Shown here: positions 1 to 6,682 of the stretch, in pieces
Position numbering within the stretch: the first letter of the stretch is position 1
Layout: each line of letters starts with the position of its first letter
Origin: a virus
Direction: 5' to 3' (one strand)
Virus record (IMG/VR): IMGVR_UViG_3300045988_155520
Location: 1-64,000 of that record
DNA: 64,000 nucleotides
Translations under genes and position numbers: made by a program
The notes under the pieces: generated by a model
What the model saw: the letters and a program-made list of their open reading frames with translations, nothing else
Told to the model about the DNA's origin: nothing
Databases searched by the model: none

Positions 1-64
1 GAGGGAGTCGAACCCCCGACCTCTGGGTTATGAGCCCAGCAAGCTACCACTGCTCTATCCTGCA
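1..64 (-). tRNA. tRNA-Met (anticodon CAT), 3' end cut by window edge
   Basis: RC folds as TGCAGGA-TA-GAGC-AGTGGTA-GCTT-G-CTGGG-CTCATAA-CCCAG-AGGTC-GGGGG-TTCGACT-CCCTC. Body is identical to the 418..489 copy. Three G:C pairs next to the loop are initiator-like. The 3' acceptor strand is off-window. Confidence 0.8.
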
Positions 65-198
65 ATAATTATGTGATTCAGGTAATACTCTATTTTATAA
101 TGTCATAATACCATACTTCTTTGGACGAGAGTGTTGTCCACCTATGCTTGCATTACTCGGTGGCACTCTCTTGAAAGCCTTCTTAAGATACTTTCATG

Positions 199-272
199 CG
201 CTTCAGGCAGGACTTGAACCTGCGACTTCCTGATTAACAGTCAGGTGCTCTAACCAACTGAGCTACTAAAGC
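199..272 (-). tRNA. tRNA-Asn (GTT)
   Basis: RC: GCTTTAG-TA-GCTC-AGTTGGTTA-GAGC-A-CCTGA-CTGTTAA-TCAGG-AAGTC-GCAGG-TTCAAGT-CCTGC-CTGAAGC-G. All stems pair. Confidence 0.9.
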
Positions 273-277
273 ATTTG

Positions 278-348
278 TTGAGACAATAGGATTCGAACCT
301 ATAATGGCAGGACCAAAACCTACTGTGTTACCATTACACCATATCTCA
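278..348 (-). tRNA. tRNA-Gln (TTG)
   Basis: RC: TGAGATA-TG-GTGT-AATGGTA-ACAC-A-GTAGG-TTTTGGT-CCTGC-CATT-ATAGG-TTCGAAT-CCTAT-TGTCTCA-A. Confidence 0.9.
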
Positions 349-417
349 AAGTTAAGGAAACATTATTATTTTTATTCTATAAAAAAAGAGAAAATCTGCT
401 GTTTGTTTCCTAAGTAG

Positions 418-489
418 TTGGGGGAGAGGGAGTCGAACCCCCGACCTCTGGGTTATGAGCCCAGCAAGCTACCACTGCTCCATCCCCTA
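418..489 (-). tRNA. tRNA-Met (CAT), second copy with a different acceptor stem
   Basis: RC: TAGGGGA-TG-GAGC-AGTGGTA-GCTT-G-CTGGG-CTCATAA-CCCAG-AGGTC-GGGGG-TTCGACT-CCCTC-TCCCCCA-A. One A:C mismatch at 2:71. Initiator, elongator or Ile2 identity cannot be decided from sequence. Confidence 0.85.
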
Positions 490-499
490 ATAAAATTAC

Positions 500-620
500 A
501 CCTCACTATCGGACTTGAACCGATGACTCACGGATTATAAGTCAATTTTAAAATTTGCTGTTCTTTTCCATATAGGAAAAATTTTAGTAACGTCGCTCTA
601 ACCTACTGAGCTAAGTGAGG
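500..620 (-). tRNA. tRNA-Ile (TAT) interrupted by a 47-nt insert (544..590) in the anticodon stem
   Basis: RC exon 1 (620..591) is CCTCACT-TA-GCTC-AGTAGGTTA-GAGC-G-ACG. RC exon 2 (543..500) is GA-CTTATAA-TCCGT-GAGTC-ATCGG-TTCAAGT-CCGAT-AGTGAGG-T. Joining them restores an ACGGA/TCCGT anticodon stem and a canonical 74-nt cloverleaf. Confidence 0.6.
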
Positions 621-627
621 TGTTTTG

Positions 628-701
628 CAGTGCATACGAGATTCGAACTCGTGACCTTCGCCGTGACAGGGCGGTATTCTAACCTACTGAACTAATGCAC
701 T
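628..701 (-). tRNA. tRNA-Asp (GTC)
   Basis: RC: AGTGCAT-TA-GTTC-AGTAGGTTA-GAAT-A-CCGCC-CTGTCAC-GGCGA-AGGTC-ACGAG-TTCGAAT-CTCGT-ATGCACT-G. Confidence 0.9.
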
Positions 702-933
702 AATTTAACTCCTATTTTTAATATAGGATTATGTTTTTTTATAATTTGGTTGTAACGTTACCAACGTAGCTATCAAGAATTTATGTCGACTAAATTCTAT
801 CAATTACTGAATTAGTTTTTTATAAAATTACACTTAGCATCATTCTTAGCTAAGAAACCATTTACATGGGTATTACGTTTTGTAATGCATGAGTTATTTA
901 CCACATTGTATAATCAATGTGAATCGAACTCAA

Positions 934-1127
934 GACTCGAAGAACTAAACATATTCAAAGTAGATAAACTACTTATTCTACATTCACTCCTTGCAGTGTA
1001 CTGCAAGTTTCTTCGAGTTGATAATAATACTTCATTTGCTTTTTCAACGTTTAAGTTTATTAGCCTCAAAAGCACCATTACCAGCTTGTTTTAAGAGCTA
1101 TTCTCGTAACACGGTTACAAGTACTCT
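934..1127 (-). ncRNA. Unclassified structured RNA candidate, copy A (paralog at 34831..35025)
   Basis: About 195 nt aligns end to end with the second intergenic copy. At least three helices carry compensatory changes. Imperfect positions become G:U only on the minus strand. No credible ORF is shared by both copies. Confidence 0.5.
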
Positions 1128-1137
1128 GTATGAAAAG

Positions 1138-1210
1138 TACGCCCACTGAGACTCGAACTCAGGACTCCAGCATTAAAAGTGCTGTGCTCTACCAACTGAG
1201 CTATGAGCGC
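1138..1210 (-). tRNA. tRNA-Lys (TTT)
   Basis: RC: GCGCTCA-TA-GCTC-AGTTGGTA-GAGC-A-CAGCA-CTTTTAA-TGCTG-GAGTC-CTGAG-TTCGAGT-CTCAG-TGGGCGT-A. Confidence 0.9.
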
Positions 1211-1230
1211 ATTCTGTTGTTCCAACAAGT

Positions 1231-1297
1231 CAAAGAACTCTTATTTCTTAATTGTGATGCAAAGATACTAACTTTTTCTGAAACCTCCAAATTTTTC
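1231..1297 (-). promoter_or_regulatory. Bacteroidota-type promoter module for the tRNA island (identical copy at 4148..4214)
   Basis: RC contains TTTG, a 20-nt spacer, then TATCTTTG (plus 1260..1267), matching -33 TTTG / -7 TAnnTTTG. The 67 nt are identical to the second copy. Confidence 0.6.
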
Positions 1298-1308
1298 AGT
1301 GATTTTTT

Positions 1309-1542
1309 TTATTTTATTTTGATAAAATCATTATTTTGGTTGATTTTTCTTAGTAAATCGTTAATATATTCACATTTTATGCATTTTTGAGGTTTTACAT
1401 CTTTCTTGTCACTAATATCTATATCTATTAAGTATTCATGTCCATCAGTAGCTATAATTTTGTATTCAGCTATTTTCTTTTCTATAACACATCTTAATTC
1501 TGCATGACCATTTAATAATGGTGTAAGGTTGTCTACTGTCAT
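1309..1542 (-). CDS. hypothetical protein (77 aa)
   Basis: ATG ORF in the dominant gene direction. No recognisable motif. Confidence 0.45.
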   Translation of the reverse strand: MTVDNLTPLLNGHAELRCVIEKKIAEYKIIATDGHEYLIDIDISDKKDVKPQKCIKCEYINDLLRKINQNNDFIKIK

Positions 1543-1867
1543 TATTGTCTAATTGTAAATGTACTAAAAAAGCTGCTAAATCAACTTTTGTTTAAGTTTA
1601 TTCAACAGCTTGGAAATATATTTAGTGAAGTAAGTGCAAAAACCTTTTTAATTTAGGTTATACATTCATATAAATTCCGTATTGTTGAAATACTATTATT
1701 ATCTATGTCGTATTCAAAAAACATAGCATCATTATCATACTTGTTGGATGTAACAAATATGTTATGCTGATTACTTTGTTTATTTGATGTACGTATCATT
1801 TTTTATATGAATTTTATTATAAATATAACCTATGTATCGAAAGTTACTTATTTTGTAAATATTTTTT

Positions 1868-2077
1868 TTATTCTGGCTTAATTTCCTGTGGAATCAAAGC
1901 TGTTATTTCTACTTCCAACGCTTCTGATAATTTTACCAATGTATCTAATCTTGGATTTCCACCTTTTAATGTTCTTGTTAAAGAAGCAGGTTCAACACCC
2001 ATCTTTGTAGATACATCTTTTAATTTCATGCGTTTTCTCTTACATATATCTTTTATCCAATTTTCAAATCCGTTCAT
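1868..2077 (-). CDS. XRE/Cro-type helix-turn-helix DNA-binding protein
   Basis: 69 aa. KLKDVSTKMGVEPASLTRTLKGGNPRLDTLVKLSEAL fits the HTH_3 pattern. Confidence 0.7.
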   Translation of the reverse strand: MNGFENWIKDICKRKRMKLKDVSTKMGVEPASLTRTLKGGNPRLDTLVKLSEALEVEITALIPQEIKPE

Positions 2078-2245
2078 ATATTTATTTTTTTTATTAATAA
2101 ATATATCTTAAGTTGACTTTTTTATCAACACATCACACTTTTTTATTGATTAATTTGAAATTATTGATAATTGTATATTGTTTTATACAAAAAATCACCA
2201 CAAGCAGAAACAAATCTAACTTATGGTGAAAATTGAGTTATGATG

Positions 2246-2319
2246 TGATGGAGGCGAGACTCAAACTCGCAACCCACAGCTTAGAAGGCTGTTGCTCTAT
2301 TCAGTTGAGCTACTCCACC
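2246..2319 (-). tRNA. tRNA-Arg (TCT)
   Basis: RC: GGTGGAG-TA-GCTC-AACTGAATA-GAGC-A-ACAGC-CTTCTAA-GCTGT-GGGTT-GCGAG-TTTGAGT-CTCGC-CTCCATC-A. Confidence 0.9.
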
Positions 2320-2519
2320 GTGTTATCATTATTATCTGGCATTTCTTCTATAATCGTAACTTTTTTTCTACGATTTGAATGTTTACGCATTTCATTGTCA
2401 TGTTCGTTATCTTCCATAACATTATGTATTGTTCTACGTTTAGAATTTCGAATACCATTAATAAATATACCAAATGATATTAAAATTAGAATAATAAGCA
2501 AGATAATAATAATTCTCAT
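2310..2519 (-). CDS. small membrane protein (N-terminal TM helix, charged tail)
   Basis: MRIIIILLIILILISFGIFI hydrophobic start, then a K/R/E/D-rich tail. The stop overlaps the tRNA-Arg 5' end by 10 nt. Confidence 0.4.
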   Translation of the reverse strand: MRIIIILLIILILISFGIFINGIRNSKRRTIHNVMEDNEHDNEMRKHSNRRKKVTIIEEMPDNNDNTVE

Positions 2520-2839
2520 ATTTTTTGTTTTTTATCTGATAACTAAATTAGGTTACGGAAATCATTACAGCGATTTCAAACTGAATAAGTCTATAAAACT
2601 TATGTGCATCAGAAGATAAATAAATCCTATAATTATAAGTGCTGTACGTAACCAATAGTTGTTTCTTTAATTGTATTGACCACCAAGTGAAAATTAGGTT
2701 AAGAAGCGCAAGACTCTCCAGTCTCGAATCATTTTATATTTAATGTGAGAATCTGAAAATCTCATTGCAGTATTTAAAATACTTAACATTCTCACTATTA
2801 GTGGTCTTTACAAATTAATTGTTATCAGTTTAAATCAGT

Positions 2840-3886
2840 TTACTGTACTGGTTCAACAATCACTACTCGTGCTGAGTACTTTCCTGTCTTACCGAATCCC
2901 TTTGAATTACGTACATTTACATTTCGCTGTGTAAGATAATTAGCTACAACTGTTGCACGACGTTCTGAAAGATTCTGATTGTAAGTCTCACTACCTACAC
3001 CATCAGCATAGCCGTCTACTGTTACATATGTATCTGCAGCGATACTATTGAGAACATTCTTTGCATCATTGCTAAGTTCTGCATTATCATTATCGAAAGC
3101 GATAACGTAAACATTCTGCTTAACAACATTCTGCTTTTCTACAATCTTCTCTACAACCTTTGTAACTTCCTTTGGCTTCTTAGACATGTCGTTGCGAAGT
3201 ACATTGATTTCATTGTTATAGTCACCAATATTATACATCTTAAAATTATGTGTACCATTAGATGTCTTAAACTTGTAATCAACACCGACCTGAACACCCA
3301 TTTGTGCTGCTGAACTACCAAATTGTACAGCATCACCTGGACCATGTGTCATGTTCCAATAAACTCCAGGCTGTACAAATACACGCCATACCCTTGCATC
3401 ACCAAGGTTAAAGGCAAACTCGATTGCTGTCTTTGCAGTGAGTTCGTCTCCATCACCCATATTATTATTATATGAACGATGTGAACCATTAAGGAATACT
3501 AACCATCCAATACCAGTTACTGAACTAACTTCGAATCTGCGGGGTGTACCAGTGTAGCCAAAAAGGAGGTTACTCCAATTAATTGTACCATTCATTTCAG
3601 CATTTACAGCCTTAACAAATGTATGAGAGTCATTTACGTAATTGTCACCAAGAGCAGCTACACCTGCAAATTGGATACCAAATACTGGACTAATCTCTTT
3701 TCCAACACGTACTCCAACAGAACTGTTGAGAGGAAATACCTTATTAAGCTTCATGTTGGTGTGTGCACCACCCATTACACCTACATAAGTGTTATCCAAC
3801 AATTTTGGACTTTGAAGTGCTGTCTGTGCATTTGCACTAACAAAACTCATCATTGAGATGAGTGTCATAAAAATAAACTTCTTCAT
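2840..3886 (-). CDS. OmpA-family outer-membrane protein (signal peptide, beta-barrel-like N domain, OmpA C domain)
   Basis: Signal peptide MKKFIFMTLISMMSFVSANAQ. C-terminal VDGYADGVGSETYNQNLSERRATVVANYL is the OmpA/MotB peptidoglycan-binding signature. Confidence 0.85.
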   Translation of the reverse strand: MKKFIFMTLISMMSFVSANAQTALQSPKLLDNTYVGVMGGAHTNMKLNKVFPLNSSVGVRVGKEISPVFGIQFAGVAALGDNYVNDSHTFVKAVNAEMNGTINWSNLLFGYTGTPRRFEVSSVTGIGWLVFLNGSHRSYNNNMGDGDELTAKTAIEFAFNLGDARVWRVFVQPGVYWNMTHGPGDAVQFGSSAAQMGVQVGVDYKFKTSNGTHNFKMYNIGDYNNEINVLRNDMSKKPKEVTKVVEKIVEKQNVVKQNVYVIAFDNDNAELSNDAKNVLNSIAADTYVTVDGYADGVGSETYNQNLSERRATVVANYLTQRNVNVRNSKGFGKTGKYSARVVIVEPVQ

Positions 3887-3923
3887 TCTTATTATTTAAA
3901 AATTAAAAATTGGTTTTCAAATG

Positions 3924-3996
3924 TTGCGACAACAGGAATCGAACCTATGACTACGACTATAATTTTGTCGTCGAGATACCACTTCTCCATGTCACA
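3924..3996 (-). tRNA. Atypical tRNA with a 9-nt anticodon loop (best reading UAU, Ile-like)
   Basis: RC: TGTGACA-TG-GAGA-AGTGGTA-TCTC-G-ACGAC-AAAATTATA-GTCGT-AGTC-ATAGG-TTCGATT-CCTGT-TGTCGCA-A. All four stems pair but the loop has 9 nt instead of 7. Confidence 0.55.
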
Positions 3997-4147
3997 TATT
4001 AAGGAAACAAAAATGCGTGCTACCGTTACACCAGAAGGACTATTCAAAGTCACATTTTTGGAATCGAACCAAAATCTCATGAACCCTATTCAATTTCTTT
4101 TGCTGTATGTTTCCTCATTATATTTGACAAATCTAATATTTCTCTTT

Positions 4148-4214
4148 CAAAGAACTCTTATTTCTTAATTGTGATGCAAAGATACTAACTTTTTCTGAAA
4201 CCTCCAAATTTTTC
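4148..4214 (-). promoter_or_regulatory. Second copy of the 67-nt promoter module (drives the tRNA-like region and the OmpA gene)
   Basis: Identical to 1231..1297. The -7 box TATCTTTG is the RC of 4177..4184. Confidence 0.6.
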
Positions 4215-4227
4215 GGTAACTTTTTTC

Positions 4228-4272
4228 TAAAAAAAATGCGAAAAGCTGATGTCTTCTCAGATTATCAGCTTT
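4228..4272 (-). terminator. intrinsic terminator
   Basis: 9-bp stem AAAGCTGAT (4242-4250) / ATCAGCTTT (4264-4272), followed on the minus strand by TCGCATTTTTTTT. Confidence 0.55.
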
Positions 4273-4382
4273 CCTTTTCTTCTTTCTATAAAAATCCACA
4301 TTGAAAAATAACCTAAAAATCAAAGTAAAACAAATTGTACTTTAAAAAACAATATGGTTATTTTTCACCCATCATCCATATG

Positions 4383-4540
4383 TGAACTACCCATGAGTTA
4401 AATACTCATAGGCTTCGGGTTTCATCGAAGAATGGCTTTCCAAAAGGTCGGCTCTTACTTCCCATCCACCCGTGTAATCGACTGTTCCTGCCGATAGTAC
4501 CTTACATTCCACAAACTAAAGACTTGTGGGCTTTACGTTA
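4383..4540 (-). mobile_element. tnpB-less miniature IS200/IS605-type element (MITE-like) carrying an omega-RNA-like module
   Basis: 4383..4495 aligns base for base (113 nt) with the tnpB 3' end and right end at 17148..17260. 4496..4538 carries a left-end-type hairpin CCACAA-actaaagac-TTGTGG, homologous to the hairpin at 32347..32369. Confidence 0.6.
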
Positions 4541-4586
4541 CTATATATAAATATAGTGAAATTTATTTTATTATCAATACTATTTG

Positions 4587-6152
4587 CTATTTTTTTTGAA
4601 AAAAAATAGCAAACTTTTCTCCACCATACTCTCCATTAGTCAACTTTATAATCTCTCTAATGGTGTATTTGTCCTTATGAGGACTTGGTAGTTTATTCTC
4701 GATGAAATATCTTGTACCAGTCAAACAAGCACCAGTGATGGTACGATATGCAGCGATAGCTTCCTCAACAGATAATGTATCATCCAATGACAAGTTCTTA
4801 TAAGCAGAAGTATCTCTATCATTTATCTTATATATAAGGTCAGATTTAGCTTCTGCAAGTGTATCACCATGCGCCCAATGACCTTCTCCATCTGTAACAA
4901 GATAAAATGTTCTATCTCCTTGAAAGAGTTTATGTACCTTGTATACATTATCATGATGTGCTTCAATAACTGAGAAAATACCATCAGCTTTAATATATTC
5001 CACACCATCTCTCTTCCAAAATACAACTTTATTCTTCTCTTCTTTTGATAAATCGTTATTGGGAATATATATTTTGTTATTCATTTTAATATGCCCATAA
5101 ACTTTTAGATTATCTGGAAATTTTGTAATTTTTGTATCATTGAGGAATATATTACCATTTACCGTCAAATTATCAGGTAATTCTTTAATTTTTGTATTAC
5201 GTAGGATAAGGTTATCTCCTACTGTCAAATTATCAGGTAACTCAGTGATATCTGTATCACTTATATCAAGACATCCACCAACAATTAAGTTATTAGGTAA
5301 CTTTTTAATATGAGTTTCACCTAAAACTAAGTTCCCTGCTACTATAAAACTATCAGGCAGCTCTGTGATATCTGTATTTTGTAAATGTACACTTTCACCA
5401 ACCTTTAAATTGTCTGGTAATTTTGTTATATTAGTATAGCTTAAAAAAATAATTTTCTCAACAGTTAAATTATTAGGCAGCTCTGTGATATCTGTATTAT
5501 TTAGATACAAAACTCCGTGTACTGTAAAATTATCAGGTAGTCTTTTTATATCTGAAAATCTTAAGTCGATGTCTTGACCAACGCTTAAGCTGTCAGGAAG
5601 TTCCGTGATAAGTGTATTCTTTAAATTAAGATAACCCGTAACTGTTAAATTATCAGGCAACTTCGTTAACTTTGTATCCTCTACGTTTAAATTCCCTCTA
5701 ACAGTTAAATTGTTAGGGAGTTCTGTAAGAGACGTATTGTTTAAGTAGATACTTTCTCCTACGATTAAACTATCTGGAAGTTCTCTAATATCTGTATGTC
5801 CTGCAAAAAGAGAACCCTTAACTGTTAAGTTGTCTGGAAGTTTTTTAATATCTGTAAAACTTACATCAAGGTCTTCACCAACACTTAAGTTGTCAGGGAG
5901 TTTTCTAATGTCGGTATATTCAATAAAAAGACAGCCCATAACGTTTAAGTTATTAGGTAACTTTTTAATAGCCGATTTGCGCAAGTTAAGATGTCTATAG
6001 ATAGTTAAATTGTCAGGTAACTCTGTGATATTTGTACCAGTTAAATTAAGACTCCCATTATAAATTAATTTCCCATCCTTAACGGTGAGTTCATACCCAG
6101 TTTCTTCCTCGAATCTTTCTATTATTTCGTTCATATTTTTATTCATAACCAT
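4587..6152 (-). CDS. leucine-rich-repeat protein with a conserved C-terminal domain of unknown function
   Basis: Many tandem roughly 23-aa LPDNLTVxGxLxLxxTxITE units. The C-terminal ~150 aa (FWKRDGVEYIKADGIFSV...GTRYFIENKLP...) are shared with 12008..13234. Confidence 0.8.
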   Translation of the reverse strand: MVMNKNMNEIIERFEEETGYELTVKDGKLIYNGSLNLTGTNITELPDNLTIYRHLNLRKSAIKKLPNNLNVMGCLFIEYTDIRKLPDNLSVGEDLDVSFTDIKKLPDNLTVKGSLFAGHTDIRELPDSLIVGESIYLNNTSLTELPNNLTVRGNLNVEDTKLTKLPDNLTVTGYLNLKNTLITELPDSLSVGQDIDLRFSDIKRLPDNFTVHGVLYLNNTDITELPNNLTVEKIIFLSYTNITKLPDNLKVGESVHLQNTDITELPDSFIVAGNLVLGETHIKKLPNNLIVGGCLDISDTDITELPDNLTVGDNLILRNTKIKELPDNLTVNGNIFLNDTKITKFPDNLKVYGHIKMNNKIYIPNNDLSKEEKNKVVFWKRDGVEYIKADGIFSVIEAHHDNVYKVHKLFQGDRTFYLVTDGEGHWAHGDTLAEAKSDLIYKINDRDTSAYKNLSLDDTLSVEEAIAAYRTITGACLTGTRYFIENKLPSPHKDKYTIREIIKLTNGEYGGEKFAIFFQKK

Positions 6153-6157
6153 GCTTT

Positions 6158-6682
6158 TTATTTCGTTAAAAATATTTCTTCTAATGTCTTATATATTGAA
6201 GAAGTTGTTTTATCAAATACATCTGTTGCTTTCTTAAATTCCATATCATGTCTTATTATTTCATTTGTTTTATTTGTGGTATAATAAGAACTTTCAGGTT
6301 TCTTTTTATTTGGTTTTGTTCTTTTATCCTTTATTTCCCATTTCATTGTTAATGGAAAAATTTGAAGATTACTTTCGTATGGAATGTTATATATGATGCA
6401 ATCATTCTTAGATAAAGAAAAAAGCATACCTGTTTCTCCATCTATTTGTTTCATTATCACACCATCAATGATAATATCTCCATGAGAATGAATATATTTG
6501 ATAAATTTGAATGTTCTTGGTTTCATTTCAAAACCTTCACAAGAAGTTCCTGTTAACTGATATTCTTTCCCTTCAATTAGATTACATTTATTACTATTAT
6601 AGAATGTACTTGGTGGGTCAAAATCAAGATATTCATAGGCTATACTTCTTAAGTTCCATCCATCCATATTATTTATTTTCAT
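6158..6682 (-). CDS. hypothetical protein
   Basis: The track ORF begins at a TTG (6688). The first ATG (MKINNMDGW) is at 6682. Confidence 0.6.
   Translation of the reverse strand: MKINNMDGWNLRSIAYEYLDFDPPSTFYNSNKCNLIEGKEYQLTGTSCEGFEMKPRTFKFIKYIHSHGDIIIDGVIMKQIDGETGMLFSLSKNDCIIYNIPYESNLQIFPLTMKWEIKDKRTKPNKKKPESSYYTTNKTNEIIRHDMEFKKATDVFDKTTSSIYKTLEEIFLTK

Noticed and set aside
915-932. GAATCGAACTC, which looks like the reverse complement of a tRNA T-arm
   Set aside because: The flanking bases do not form a T-stem, and no acceptor, D or anticodon arms can be built.
885-1390. Plus-strand ORFs 885..1094 and 1130..1390
   Set aside because: The first covers structured-RNA copy A and is not conserved in copy B. 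The second runs antisense through tRNA-Lys and the promoter cassette. Both lie against the local transcription direction.
2233-2619. Plus-strand ORF 2233..2619 (TTG start)
   Set aside because: It reads antisense through tRNA-Arg and through the better-supported minus-strand small membrane ORF.
3997-4110. Circularly permuted or split tRNA built from the T-arm and D-arm fragments
   Set aside because: The acceptor halves (AATGTGA vs GTCCTTC) are not complementary, and no anticodon arm is present.
3892-4168. ORFs 3892..4080 (-) and 3947..4168 (+)
   Set aside because: Both lie over the atypical tRNA, the tRNA-like fragments and the promoter cassette.
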